Source: an uncultured Eubacteriales bacterium
Lineage (GTDB): Bacteria; Bacillota; Peptococcia; Peptococcales; SKKY01
Reading direction: 5' to 3'
Length of the DNA stretch: 64,000 nucleotides
Assembly: GCA_964642925.1 (NCBI GenBank)
Contig: CAZXPJ010000001.1
Location: 93,608-157,607 of the forward strand
Positions 20,845 to 31,579 of this stretch are shown here, piece by piece; positions within the stretch are counted from its first letter, which is position 1; each line of letters begins with the position of its first letter. Below the pieces are notes generated by a model. That model was not told the origin of the DNA. It did no database searches and saw nothing but the letters and a program-made list of their open reading frames with translations. The translations under genes and the position numbers were made by a program.

Positions 20845-22636
20845 CCAAGCTCAGAACTGCCATGAAAGCCTCTTGAGGTATTTCTACATTACCTACATTT
20901 TTCATTCTTTTTTTACCAGCCTTCTGTTTCTCTAGGAGTTTTCTCTTTCTACTAATATCTCCGCCATAGCATTTATCTAATACGTCTTTTCTATAAGCTT
21001 TTACAGTTTCCCTGGAAATTACTTTAGCCCCTACTGCAGCTTGTATAGGAACATCAAACATTTGACGAGGAATCAATTTTCTAAGTTTAGCCACTAAAGC
21101 TTTTCCTCTATGATAGCTTTTATCTCTATGAACAATGGAGCTTAAAGCATCTATAGCTTCTCCATTTACTAATATATCTAGTTTAACCAATTTAGAATGT
21201 TTATAGTCCTTCATCTCATAATCTAAAGATGCATAACCTTTAGTTCTAGTTTTTAATTGGTCAAAGAAATCAAAGATAACTTCGTTTAAAGGAATTTCAT
21301 ATTGTAGCTTAACTCTTGTTTCAGCTACATATTCCATATCCAGGAAGATACCTCTTCTGTCTTGGGCTAATTCCATTATTGTACCTACATATTCTTTTGG
21401 AACTAATATGGTTGCCGCCACATAAGGTTCTTCAATTTTTTCAATTTTTTGCATATCAGGAAGATTATCCGGATTATCAATTCTTAATAGTTCCCCATCC
21501 GTTTTGTAAACATGGTAAACCACACTAGGAGCTGTAGTTAAAATGTCTATGTTAAATTCTCTTTCAATTCTTTCTTTAATAATCTCCATATGAAGCAGGC
21601 CTAGAAAACCACAGCGGTATCCGAAGCCTAAGGCATTTGAAGATTCTGGTTCAAATTGAAGAGAGGCATCATTAAGTTGCAGTTTTTCTAAAGCATCTCT
21701 TAATTCAGGGTACTCAGTATTATCTATTGGGTAAAGACCACAATAAACCATAGGATTAGCCCTTTTATAACCTTCCAGCGGAGTATTAGTAGGATTTTCT
21801 TTATCTGTAATTGTATCCCCTACTCTTGTTTCTTTAACATTTTTAATACTAGCTCCTACAAAACCTACTTCCCCTGGGTAGAGGGCATCTACTGCCTTAA
21901 TTCCAGGAATAAGAATGCCTAAGTCTGTTACAGAAAAATTGTTTTTTGTAGACATCATTTGAATATCCATGTCCTTTTTCAAAACTCCATCCATAACTCT
22001 GATATAAGAAATTGCGCCTCTATAAGGGTCATAAACTGAATCAAAAATTAAAGCCTTAAGAGGTTTATTTACATCTCCCTTGGGTGCAGGAACCTTGGCT
22101 ACTATAGCCTCAAGAATTTCTTTTATTCCTTTTCCATCTTTAGCAGAGGCAAGAATAGCATCCTCTCCCGGAAGACCAATTACATCTTCTATTTCTCTTT
22201 TTATTTTTTCTGGATCTGCGTTGGGTAAATCTATTTTATTGATAATTGGTATAATTTCTAAATCATGTTCTAAGGCTAGATAAACATTAGCTAAAGTCTG
22301 GGCTTCTATACCTTGGGCCGCATCAACAATTAACAAGGCTCCCTCACAGGCTGCGAGACTTCTAGATACCTCATAAGTAAAATCTACGTGTCCTGGGGTA
22401 TCAATAAGGTTTAGAATATATTCTTCCCCATTTTCCGCTTTATAGTTCAAACGTACCGTTTGAAGTTTTATGGTAATTCCTCTTTCTTTCTCTAGGTCCA
22501 TATTATCTAGAACTTGATCTTGCATCTCTCTTTTAGATAAAGCCCCTGTATATTCTAAAAGACGGTCTGCCAAAGTAGACTTGCCATGATCAATATGGGC
22601 AATAATCGAAAAATTTCTAATATTAGCTTGTTTCAA
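20834..22636 (-). CDS. lepA: Translation elongation factor 4 (LepA)
   Basis: 600 aa. [17 protein letters not shown], LepA-specific C-terminal domain. Confidence 0.97.
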   Translation of the reverse strand: MKQANIRNFSIIAHIDHGKSTLADRLLEYTGALSKREMQDQVLDNMDLEKERGITIKLQTVRLNYKAENGEEYILNLIDTPGHVDFTYEVSRSLAACEGALLIVDAAQGIEAQTLANVYLALEHDLEIIPIINKIDLPNADPEKIKREIEDVIGLPGEDAILASAKDGKGIKEILEAIVAKVPAPKGDVNKPLKALIFDSVYDPYRGAISYIRVMDGVLKKDMDIQMMSTKNNFSVTDLGILIPGIKAVDALYPGEVGFVGASIKNVKETRVGDTITDKENPTNTPLEGYKRANPMVYCGLYPIDNTEYPELRDALEKLQLNDASLQFEPESSNALGFGYRCGFLGLLHMEIIKERIEREFNIDILTTAPSVVYHVYKTDGELLRIDNPDNLPDMQKIEKIEEPYVAATILVPKEYVGTIMELAQDRRGIFLDMEYVAETRVKLQYEIPLNEVIFDFFDQLKTRTKGYASLDYEMKDYKHSKLVKLDILVNGEAIDALSSIVHRDKSYHRGKALVAKLRKLIPRQMFDVPIQAAVGAKVISRETVKAYRKDVLDKCYGGDISRKRKLLEKQKAGKKRMKNVGNVEIPQEAFMAVLSLDDD

Positions 22637-22650
22637 AAAAATACCTCCAT

Positions 22651-24240
22651 TTAATTACGTTTTAATTTCTTCATTACTATATTTTTAACTATTTTAGATT
22701 CTTCCATCTTACCTAATGTTGTGGAAGTAAAATATACCATAACTCCTACTCCAGTAGCTAATATTACTTGTAATATTTGAAGATTTTTACTAGCTATTCC
22801 AAAGTATTTTTCAAAAAGTATAGCGACCCCATAAACAGAGATTCCCATTATTATTGAGGATATTCCTGTTTTTGTAAAGGATATTAGCATATTTTTACCA
22901 TCTATTTGTCCAAACTTGATTTTAATTACCCCTAGTAGAATAATCATATTGAAAATTCCCGCTACTGAATGAGCCAGGGCTAATCCCCCATGGTTCATAT
23001 ACTTTACTAAAAATATGCTTAAGACTATATTTAAAGACATAGTAGTTACTCCAACTATTACAGGAGTTCTAGTGTCCTCATTAGCATAAAAAGACCTATA
23101 TAAAAGTGCTTGAGCTGAATAAGCTACAATTCCGAAAGAATAATATAATAAGGCATGGGCGGTAGCTCCTGTATTTGCTGCTGTAAATTGCCCGTGTTGA
23201 AACATTGTTCTTATTATAGGAGTTTTTAAAGCAATAATACCAATAGTAGCTGGTAGTGTTATATAAACAATAGTTCTTAATCCTAAACTAAATAATTTTA
23301 TATATTCCTTCTTTTCATTTCTAGCAGCATGGCCTGTTAATGAAGGGAAAAAAGATACACCTATGGCTAAGCCAAAAATTCCTACTGGAAGCATACTAAT
23401 CCTATAAGCAATCCTTAAAGCTGATATCATCCCCTCTTCAGGAAGGGATGAGGCTAGGTTCTGAGTAACAAACAAGTTTAAATGGGTAACTGACAGCCCA
23501 ATAAATACAGGAATAATCAGTCGGAATAATTTTACTACCCCAGGATGTTTTAGGTTAATTCCGGGATAATATCGTATTCCAGTTTTTTTTAAAGCTGGGA
23601 GAAGGACCAAAAAGTTCATTATAGCTCCCCCTACCACTCCTATGGAAAAACCTGCAATCCCAAAGGGTTTGGATAAAAGAAGACCTATTACTATAATACC
23701 TATATTATATAAGACTGACCCTATTGCAGGAGATAAAAAGTGTTTATTTGAGTGAAGAACCCCTTGTATTATACCATTTAAGGTCATGAAAAAGCTTTGG
23801 GCAAACATTATTCTAGTAAGTTTCACAGTTAAGTCGATACTTTCCTGATTAAAGCCAGGAACTAAAAGAAAAATTAGATTTTCAGTAAAGATCATTCCCA
23901 CCGTTATCCCTATTACTAAAAAAACCATAATAACATTAAAAACTGTACTAACAACTTTCCAAGCTTCCTCTTTTTCATTTTTAGCTATATATCCAGAAAT
24001 TACTGGAATAAAAGCAGAACTTAAAGCTCCCCCTACCAGTAAAAAGTAAATTAAATCCGGAATGGAAAAGGCGGCGTTATAAGCATCTGTATAATAGTTC
24101 TGGCCAAATCTACCGGATATAATAACATCGCGAAGGTAGCCTAAGACTCTAGAGAGCATCATTGCTATCATTATTATGCCTGTGGCTTTTAATATTTGAT
24201 TACCTGATTCTTTGTCTGATTGTTGCATATCTCTCTCCAA
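22651..24240 (-). CDS. murJ: Lipid II flippase MurJ (MviN, MOP superfamily)
   Basis: 529 aa, about 14 TM. The N-terminal signature [34 protein letters not shown] is typical of MurJ rather than SpoVB. Confidence 0.8.
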   Translation of the reverse strand: MERDMQQSDKESGNQILKATGIIMIAMMLSRVLGYLRDVIISGRFGQNYYTDAYNAAFSIPDLIYFLLVGGALSSAFIPVISGYIAKNEKEEAWKVVSTVFNVIMVFLVIGITVGMIFTENLIFLLVPGFNQESIDLTVKLTRIMFAQSFFMTLNGIIQGVLHSNKHFLSPAIGSVLYNIGIIVIGLLLSKPFGIAGFSIGVVGGAIMNFLVLLPALKKTGIRYYPGINLKHPGVVKLFRLIIPVFIGLSVTHLNLFVTQNLASSLPEEGMISALRIAYRISMLPVGIFGLAIGVSFFPSLTGHAARNEKKEYIKLFSLGLRTIVYITLPATIGIIALKTPIIRTMFQHGQFTAANTGATAHALLYYSFGIVAYSAQALLYRSFYANEDTRTPVIVGVTTMSLNIVLSIFLVKYMNHGGLALAHSVAGIFNMIILLGVIKIKFGQIDGKNMLISFTKTGISSIIMGISVYGVAILFEKYFGIASKNLQILQVILATGVGVMVYFTSTTLGKMEESKIVKNIVMKKLKRN

Positions 24241-24394
24241 TACGTATAATTAGTTTATATTCTACAATATTAATGAATTATTAGCATTATTTCTTTTAAA
24301 GAATTATTGAATTATTCTTTTAGCTCTGTTAAACTAAAGTGTATTGTAAAAGAATATATTTCTATTCGTGACTGTAAAAGGAGGTGTCTGCAAA

Positions 24395-24661
24395 ATGGCA
24401 AACATTAAATCATCTATCAAAAGAGCAAGAAAAGCTAAGAAAAACAATATCGTTAATAAAATGCAAAAAACAAACCTGAAATCAACAATTAAAACTTTTG
24501 AAGGTTTTTTAGCTTCCGAAAAGGTTGAAGATGCTAAAAACTTCTTACCAACTTTAATTAAAAAGATTGATAAAGCTGCAGCTAAGGGTCTTCTTCACAA
24601 GAAGAACGCTGATAATAAAAAATCAAGATTCACTAAAATGCTTAATGCACATAAAGCATAA
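24395..24661 (+). CDS. rpsT: 30S ribosomal protein S20
   Basis: MANIKSSIKRARKAKKNN.... ATG 24395 with AAAGGAGGTG RBS. The track start at 24368 is an upstream extension. Confidence 0.9.
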   Translation: MANIKSSIKRARKAKKNNIVNKMQKTNLKSTIKTFEGFLASEKVEDAKNFLPTLIKKIDKAAAKGLLHKKNADNKKSRFTKMLNAHKA

Positions 24662-24677
24662 TATAAGTTATTTAAAA

Positions 24678-24731
24678 AGAGTGACCAGACGCACCCAAAC
24701 ATAAACTGTTTGTTGTGTCTGGTCACTTTTT
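24678..24731. terminator. Bidirectional intrinsic terminator between convergent rpsT and holA
   Basis: GTGACCAGAC (24681-24690) pairs with GTCTGGTCAC (24717-24726), plus an inner CAAACA/TGTTTG stem. T-runs follow on both strands. Confidence 0.8.
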
Positions 24732-24756
24732 CTATTTTAATTTATTTTTAATTATT

Positions 24757-25773
24757 TTAAAAAACTGTCTTAATTAGGAAATCTTTAAGCAGGACACTTT
24801 GTTCCTGTTTACTATTTCTCGAATCAAATTCTAAATTATACAAGTCATCATATATTTCAGTAAGTTCCTGACTAGAAATGTTTTTAACTTGCCGAATTGT
24901 TTTATCTATTAGAAAGTCGGATTTTGTATCTAAATATTCTTTAAAAACAGGTTTTACATAACCCTCCTCTAAAGCATTTTTAACAAGAATCATCCTTCTA
25001 AAACTACTAATTAACATGGCTCTTAATACTATTGGTTGTTCCCTTGCGGCAAAATATTCATCAAGAAGCTTAAGTGCCTTATGACCTTGCTTATTTATAA
25101 CTGCATCCGTTAAATCAAAAATTTTCCCTTCTGGAGTTAAAGTTAGAAGGTCTTGGGCCTGGTCTTTCTCAATAATTTTTCCATTCCAAGATAAGATTAA
25201 CTTTTCTAGTTCACCATGAAGATTATAGAGACCTTTCTCTCCAATCATCATTAGCATTTCCATTACTTCTGGAGAGATTTTTACCTTATTATTATCAAGA
25301 AATGTCTGGATCCATCCTTTTAATTCCATTCCTTTAAGTTTTCTACTTTCAATTAATCTTCCCTGAGAAGAGTTTTTTATAAGAAGAGCCAACTTGTTTC
25401 TACTAATATTTTTTAAATCTTCTTCCCCAAGAAAAATCAGAATACAAGAAGGATTTGGATTAGAAAAATATCCTTCTATAGTCTTTTTCTCATAAGAAGT
25501 AAGTTGCTTTTCTTTACTTAAAAGGTCTGAATTTTTGATAACCAGGACTTTCAATTCCCCTAAGAAGGGAATCGTATTGGCGTTATTTATAATCCTTGAT
25601 ATTCCCGCTTCTTGATAGTTAAGTATATCATAATTTACGCCCTCTAATTTGTCAGGTAGAAGGGCTTTTTCCGCTTTTTTAATGTAACTATCAATTAGGT
25701 ATCTTTCATCACCATAAAAATAGTAAATATTTCTTATTTTATTTTCTTTAATGTCTTTTGCAAAGTTTTTCAT
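24757..25773 (-). CDS. holA: DNA polymerase III delta subunit HolA
   Basis: 338 aa. Typical delta N-terminus (YYFYGDERYLI) and a conserved position next to comEC and rpsT. Confidence 0.8.
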   Translation of the reverse strand: MKNFAKDIKENKIRNIYYFYGDERYLIDSYIKKAEKALLPDKLEGVNYDILNYQEAGISRIINNANTIPFLGELKVLVIKNSDLLSKEKQLTSYEKKTIEGYFSNPNPSCILIFLGEEDLKNISRNKLALLIKNSSQGRLIESRKLKGMELKGWIQTFLDNNKVKISPEVMEMLMMIGEKGLYNLHGELEKLILSWNGKIIEKDQAQDLLTLTPEGKIFDLTDAVINKQGHKALKLLDEYFAAREQPIVLRAMLISSFRRMILVKNALEEGYVKPVFKEYLDTKSDFLIDKTIRQVKNISSQELTEIYDDLYNLEFDSRNSKQEQSVLLKDFLIKTVF

Positions 25774-26948
25774 TATCTTCTTCTTGGCTTCCTCTTTATT
25801 TTTATCATCCTATAAATTATTTGCACTAAATATAGAAGGGCAAAGGCATATATACCCATATTTATATAGCTTATTTTTCTAGGAAGTTTTTGATCAGATA
25901 AAACATTCATCCTTTCAAGTTCTTTACCCCCAACGAAGTATACTACTTCACCAATTTTATCTCCTTCTTTTAAAGGTCGCTTAATTTCATTCATATAAAA
26001 TTCTTTAGAAGCATCAACTTTTACCCCTACTCTAATGGGAATACTCAAAGCTTTTTCACTTAAACCATGAATAACTCCCTCATCTAAGGAGTTTAATGTT
26101 ATGATAGGTTCTTTTTCATCAATTAGCCTAACAACTTGGAAATTTTCTGAAGCATGTTGAATAAGTTGAGAAGCATAGTCAAAAGCTTTAACAGCCCTAG
26201 CATTAGTCATAACTAATATATAATCTTTATCTTCTAATTGATAGGTAAAAATTAAATCAAGTCTTTCTTGGTCTCCCCTAGTAGCAGCCATAAGGCCTGT
26301 AATTCCTGGATAATCTTCTAGAAGAATATTCCTACTAGTTAAAAGAGCCTGCCAACTTGCACCCTTCCAATTAAAACTTTTAATTTTCCCATATTCCCTT
26401 ATAGTCTCATTATTCATCGCATATTTGGCCATTAAAGCAAGATCTTGGGCTGTTGTAACATGACGGGAATCCTTTTGTCCATAGGAATTTGTAAAAACTG
26501 TATCCATACATCCTATCTCTTTAGCCTTTAGATTTAATTGCTCAACAAATTTAAGGTCAGTTCCTGAAATATGCTCAGCAATAGCAAGAGCAGCATCATT
26601 TGCAGAATAAACTAAAGCAGCCTTTACCAAATCTGATAGAATTATTTTTTCTTTTTCCTGAAGATAAACCTTGGTACCCATAACTTTTACTGGATTTTCT
26701 CCAATGCTTACCTTTTTATCAAGACCTCCTGTCTCTACAGCAATTAATGAGGTTAGAATATTAGTTGCCCCTTCAATATTAACAACTTTCTCTTTGTCTT
26801 TTTCTAAAAGCACATGACCGGAACTTCTGTCTATAAGAACAAAACTATCTAGATCTCCTTCAGCTATAACCGGCATCCCCCAGGCTGTTAAAGAAAACAT
26901 ATAGGTAAACAATAATAAAACTACTATTTTTTTCTGCAAACTCATCAC
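25773..26948 (-). CDS. PBP5/DacB-like D-alanyl-D-alanine carboxypeptidase homologue, apparently catalytically degenerate
   Basis: 391 aa. Signal peptide, S11-family fold pattern (VLIDRSSGHVLLEK, YSANDAALAIAEHISG, YPGITG), C-terminal TM anchor. GATN replaces SxxK and MAA replaces KTG (see findings). Confidence 0.7.
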   Translation of the reverse strand: MMSLQKKIVVLLLFTYMFSLTAWGMPVIAEGDLDSFVLIDRSSGHVLLEKDKEKVVNIEGATNILTSLIAVETGGLDKKVSIGENPVKVMGTKVYLQEKEKIILSDLVKAALVYSANDAALAIAEHISGTDLKFVEQLNLKAKEIGCMDTVFTNSYGQKDSRHVTTAQDLALMAKYAMNNETIREYGKIKSFNWKGASWQALLTSRNILLEDYPGITGLMAATRGDQERLDLIFTYQLEDKDYILVMTNARAVKAFDYASQLIQHASENFQVVRLIDEKEPIITLNSLDEGVIHGLSEKALSIPIRVGVKVDASKEFYMNEIKRPLKEGDKIGEVVYFVGGKELERMNVLSDQKLPRKISYINMGIYAFALLYLVQIIYRMIKIKRKPRRR

Positions 26949-26983
26949 CTCTAAATGATTATATCATTTTAATGAATTTTTTT

Positions 26984-29149
26984 TTAGTCTAAAATGCTAT
27001 TAAAGTAAAATTCTTTTTCCCCTTTATATATAAAGGAAATAGATCCTTTTAAATCCGTTCGAATTACCTTAATATCTCTCTCCTTTAAAAGATCAAGAAG
27101 GTCTTTTCCCGGATGACCATATCTGTTGTTTTTACCACAAGAAATAATACCTATATTTATATTTTGTTCATCATAGAATACTTTGGAATTCCCTGTATTA
27201 CTCCCATGGTGGGGCACTTTCAGCACATCTATATTCTTATCCACTGTTAATTTATCTAAGATTTTTTTTTCAATATCTCCAGTTAGGAGAACATTTTTAT
27301 CTCCATAATTTACTAATATAACTAGAGAATGATCATTACAATTTGTGTATTCTTGTTCTAAAGATGGAGATAATATTTCGAACTTAGTTTTATCAATATA
27401 GAACTTTTGCCCTGAATAGCCATAAATAATGTTCACATTCTTCTCTTTAGCTAATAAGACTAACTTTTCTACTAGCTCATTATTTTTAGGACTAGCAGGT
27501 AATAAAATGTTTTTAGGAGCCTTGTTTTCCATGAGCCAGATTATGCCGTTAATATGATCCGCATCTCCATGAGATACAATATATAATTCTGGTTTATTTA
27601 TTCCCTTGGAAGATAAGTAACCCTCTACTTCTTCTCCCCAAGGACCTCCATCTATTAGAATTATTTTTTCATTCCAAGTATTAATCAATGAAGAATCTCC
27701 TTGCCCTACATCAAGAAAAATAATTTCCCATTTTTTAGGATAGAAACTAAAAGTTAAAAGGAATATTAATAATGATATCAAAAGATTTCTATTAACTTTT
27801 TTATTCTTATAAATAAGAATAATTAAGAGATAATATAAAACCATTTCCCATAAGGCTGGGGTAGATATACAAATATCTAAAAATTGAAAATAGAAAGCAA
27901 TTCTTTCTGTCCCTTCAATTATTAAATTCAAAAAGAAATCAAAATATTGAAGGAGAGGAATAAAAGATAAGAATAATCCTAGCATAGCAAGAAGAGTGAT
28001 TATGGCAAAAAGAGGAACATAAAATAGATTAATAACAACTCCTATAAGTGAAATCTTATTAAAGTATAAAAGAAGTATTGGAACTGTACCTGCTACTGCT
28101 GTTAAAGATAGAGAAAGATTGCTTTTTTTATTTTTATGGAAAAACACTATCCCTAAAACAGTAATGTAAGAAAGCTGAAATCCTGCGGAAAACACTACAA
28201 AAGGATTAAATAGAATTTGCGGAATTGCACTAGCTGCAATAATTGTTAAAGGATCAGGATGCCTTAAAGAAATTTTACTTAAAGAAAAAATAAAAAACAT
28301 TAAAGCGGCTCTGTTAATCGAAGAGGAAAATCCGGCAAGGAAAGCATATAGGGCTAGGAAAAACCAAGCCCCAAAGTTTTTAAAATAAAATCCTCCAGGT
28401 GAAAATATTTTATATGCACCTGCTGCAATAATGCCTCCATGAAGTCCGGATACAGCTAATAAATGAGATATTCCCAGGAGTTGAAAACTGTCTCTAGTTT
28501 CTTTGGAAAAAAGAGATTTATCTCCAAAAACAATTGCTTGCACCAAACCCTGAGCTTTAGAGGTGTAATTACCAATATAACTTTCCATTACTTTATTTCT
28601 ATATTTTAAAAAATATGAGTATAAATTGCTTTTATTTTTTTTATAGTCTATTTTTTTAACTTGAGCCTTATAAAATATATTATTACTAAAATAGTACATC
28701 TTTTCATTAAAGCCTTGTGGTATTCTTTGTATTTCAAAGGTATTTAGGATGAAGGATCCTTGGTAAATACCCCCTATTTCCAAACTATCAGGATAATAAA
28801 AGATTATTTTCCTTTTTAATAGAGGGTCACTATCTGACTCTAAAACTTTGCCAATATAACTTTTCCCTTTGCTTTCTTCGACCCTTATTAAAATATTTTT
28901 CTTTTCATTTTCCAAATTTTCTTCCGTAGTCTTATTTAGAAAATATCCTGCATAAAAATTGCCAAAAAGGAAAATCAAAATAATTAATATAATATATGCT
29001 TTCTTATTCTTGAAAAAATATAATAGTATTCCCACAAACAAGAAGCTTTCAATGCTTCCTCTATACCAACTGCTATATATTCCTAAAATCAAAGCTATAG
29101 TTGCAAAAAACAAATATCTATCTAGGGTCATTTTCTTAAATTTTTCCAT
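26984..29149 (-). CDS. comEC: DNA internalisation competence protein ComEC/Rec2
   Basis: 721 aa. N-terminal TM/OB region, polytopic competence domain, C-terminal metallo-beta-lactamase domain (FLDVGQGDS, SHGDADHINGI, VPHHGS). Confidence 0.85.
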   Translation of the reverse strand: MEKFKKMTLDRYLFFATIALILGIYSSWYRGSIESFLFVGILLYFFKNKKAYIILIILIFLFGNFYAGYFLNKTTEENLENEKKNILIRVEESKGKSYIGKVLESDSDPLLKRKIIFYYPDSLEIGGIYQGSFILNTFEIQRIPQGFNEKMYYFSNNIFYKAQVKKIDYKKNKSNLYSYFLKYRNKVMESYIGNYTSKAQGLVQAIVFGDKSLFSKETRDSFQLLGISHLLAVSGLHGGIIAAGAYKIFSPGGFYFKNFGAWFFLALYAFLAGFSSSINRAALMFFIFSLSKISLRHPDPLTIIAASAIPQILFNPFVVFSAGFQLSYITVLGIVFFHKNKKSNLSLSLTAVAGTVPILLLYFNKISLIGVVINLFYVPLFAIITLLAMLGLFLSFIPLLQYFDFFLNLIIEGTERIAFYFQFLDICISTPALWEMVLYYLLIILIYKNKKVNRNLLISLLIFLLTFSFYPKKWEIIFLDVGQGDSSLINTWNEKIILIDGGPWGEEVEGYLSSKGINKPELYIVSHGDADHINGIIWLMENKAPKNILLPASPKNNELVEKLVLLAKEKNVNIIYGYSGQKFYIDKTKFEILSPSLEQEYTNCNDHSLVILVNYGDKNVLLTGDIEKKILDKLTVDKNIDVLKVPHHGSNTGNSKVFYDEQNINIGIISCGKNNRYGHPGKDLLDLLKERDIKVIRTDLKGSISFIYKGEKEFYFNSILD

Positions 29150-29239
29150 AATAAAACCTCCGGTAAGTATCCTGTTTATATACTTCTTTTAATAAACAGA
29201 AATTCCTTATCCGGAGGAATGTTTTTATGCTATTTTATT

Positions 29240-30913
29240 TTATAAATCATCTCTCATTACTGCCCCTGTGCTAGCACTTGTAACTAGAGCAGCATATCTT
29301 CGTAGATATGAGTTTTTCATTAAATCTCTTTTTGGTTTAACCCAAGATTTTTTTCTTTCTGCAAGTTCTTCATCTGAAACTAGTACTTCCAGTTTTCTTT
29401 TTGGAATATCAATAGCTATTTGGTCTCCATTTTTAATAAAAGCTATTATGCCACCTTCTGCAGCTTCAGGAGAAACATGACCAATAGCAGCCCCTGCAGT
29501 TCCTCCAGAAAATCTTCCATCAGTTATCAGGGCTACTTCTTTATCAAGCCCCATTCCTATAATTGATGCTGTTGGACTAAGCATTTCTCTCATTCCCGGA
29601 CCACCCTTAGGTCCTTCGTAGCGAATAACCACCACATCTCCTTTTACTATTTCTCCAGCTCGGATTGCAGCATAGGCTTCTTCCTCTGAATCATAGACCT
29701 TTGCAGGTCCTTGGTGCACAAGCATTTCTTTTGCTACACCAATCTGCTTAACAACAGCCCCATCTTCAGCAAGATTTCCCTTTAAAATTGCAATGCCACC
29801 TGTTTTAGAATAGGCATTTTCTATTTCCCTAATAACATCCTTATCCCTTACTTTAGCCTGGGCCACACTTTCCTCTAAAGAAACCCCAAGAACGGTTCTA
29901 GTTTTCCCATCTAAAAAATTATTTTCAATTAATCTTTTAATTACTGCAGAAATTCCTCCTGCTTCATATAAGTCCAAAATTCTATGCTCTCCTGAAGGAT
30001 TCAGTTTACAAATATTTGGCACCCTATCACTTACTTTATCAAAATCCTCAAGATTAATATCTACTTCTGCCTGGTTAGCTATAGCCATTAAATGGAGAAC
30101 AGTATTACTGGAGCCGCCTATTGCCATATCTAAGGCAATTGCATTGATAAAAGCCTCTCTGGTCATAATATCTCTTGGTTTAATATCTTTTTCCAATAAA
30201 TACATAACAGACTCTCCAGCTTTTTTAGCAAGAGCTTTTCTTTGTCCATATACAGCAGGAATTGTTCCATTTCCTGGTAAAGCCATTCCTAAGCCTTCTG
30301 CCAGGCAATTCATTGTATTGGCAGTATACATTCCAGCACAGCTACCACAAGTAGGGCAAGCACTTAAAGCCATATCTTCAAGGGTTTCTTTATTTATTTC
30401 ACCCTTATCGAATTGTCCTACAGCTTCAAAAGCTCCTTTAATTAAGTCTGTATCAAGGCCATTATATCTACCAGGAAGCATTGGTCCTCCAGAGATATAA
30501 ACACTAGGAATATTTAATCTAGCAGCTGCCATCAACATTCCAGGTACAATTTTGTCACAATTTCCAACTAAAACTAATGCATCAAATTTATGAGCTACCG
30601 TCATGGCTTCAATGGAATCCGCAATTAATTCTCTACTTGCTAAAGGATACCTCATACCACTATGGTTCATAGCAATTCCATCACAAATTCCTATTGCTGG
30701 AAACTCCATAGGAGTTCCACCTCTAGCAATTACACCTAGTTTAGCTGCTTGAGCTATTTCATCTAAATGGATATGTCCAGGAATAATATCATTTTGTGCA
30801 TTTACAATCCCTATAAGAGGTTTTTTTAAATCATCTTGGGAAAACCCTGAGGCATATAGTAGGGACCTGTGCGGGGCTCTTTCAACCCCCTTCGTTACTT
30901 GATCACTAATCAA
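29240..30913 (-). CDS. ilvD: Dihydroxy-acid dehydratase
   Basis: 557 aa. [24 protein letters not shown] motifs. TTG start. Confidence 0.95.
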   Translation of the reverse strand: MISDQVTKGVERAPHRSLLYASGFSQDDLKKPLIGIVNAQNDIIPGHIHLDEIAQAAKLGVIARGGTPMEFPAIGICDGIAMNHSGMRYPLASRELIADSIEAMTVAHKFDALVLVGNCDKIVPGMLMAAARLNIPSVYISGGPMLPGRYNGLDTDLIKGAFEAVGQFDKGEINKETLEDMALSACPTCGSCAGMYTANTMNCLAEGLGMALPGNGTIPAVYGQRKALAKKAGESVMYLLEKDIKPRDIMTREAFINAIALDMAIGGSSNTVLHLMAIANQAEVDINLEDFDKVSDRVPNICKLNPSGEHRILDLYEAGGISAVIKRLIENNFLDGKTRTVLGVSLEESVAQAKVRDKDVIREIENAYSKTGGIAILKGNLAEDGAVVKQIGVAKEMLVHQGPAKVYDSEEEAYAAIRAGEIVKGDVVVIRYEGPKGGPGMREMLSPTASIIGMGLDKEVALITDGRFSGGTAGAAIGHVSPEAAEGGIIAFIKNGDQIAIDIPKRKLEVLVSDEELAERKKSWVKPKRDLMKNSYLRRYAALVTSASTGAVMRDDL

Positions 30914-30928
30914 TCCAATCCACTCCAG

Positions 30929-31510
30929 TCAAGTTTTTATTAATTCTTTAATTTTATCAAAGGTAGCTTGTCCGATACCTTTGACAAGTATTATATCATC
31001 AATATTTTTAAACTTTCCATTCTTTTCTCTAAAACTTATAATATCTCCTGCTTTAACCTGTCCAATTCCTGGTAATTTAATCAGTTCCTCCATAGAGGCC
31101 TTGTTAATATTTATTTTTTCTGACCCCTTAGAATCCTGGGATATAAGGCTATTCTCTAAGTTGTCATCAATTTCTTCTGGGAAAGGAATATATATTTTTT
31201 GTCCATCGTAAAGCAACTCAGCCCTGTTAAAATATTTATCAAGAATTTCTAGATCTTTAATTTCCCCAGGAATTATAAGATCGTTTAGCCTAGAGCCCTC
31301 TTCCATTTGGAAAAGTCCTGGTTTCCCTACATTTCCTGCTATGTGAATAAAAACTTTCTTCTTTTCTTCTACTATTTCTTTTTCTATTCCCCTATTTTCT
31401 TCCTCAAATACTAAGTTTTGTTCTTTCTTCTGTCCAGTGATTACGGTGAAAATAATAAAGATTAACAATACTGCTATAAAGTACTTTTTCTCTTGAAAAA
31501 ATTCCAGCAT
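30929..31510 (-). CDS. comEA: Competence DNA receptor ComEA
   Basis: 193 aa. N-terminal TM anchor, SLBB-like domain (HIAGNVGKPGLFQMEEGSRLNDLI), C-terminal tandem helix-hairpin-helix (INKASMEELIKLPGIGQVKAGDII...VKGIGQATFDKIK). Confidence 0.85.
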   Translation of the reverse strand: MLEFFQEKKYFIAVLLIFIIFTVITGQKKEQNLVFEEENRGIEKEIVEEKKKVFIHIAGNVGKPGLFQMEEGSRLNDLIIPGEIKDLEILDKYFNRAELLYDGQKIYIPFPEEIDDNLENSLISQDSKGSEKININKASMEELIKLPGIGQVKAGDIISFREKNGKFKNIDDIILVKGIGQATFDKIKELIKT

Positions 31511-31579
31511 AAAAAACTCCCCACTTTTCTAAATGATCTCTCATCTATACTTCACGGGAAGTTCTATAAATTCCTAATC

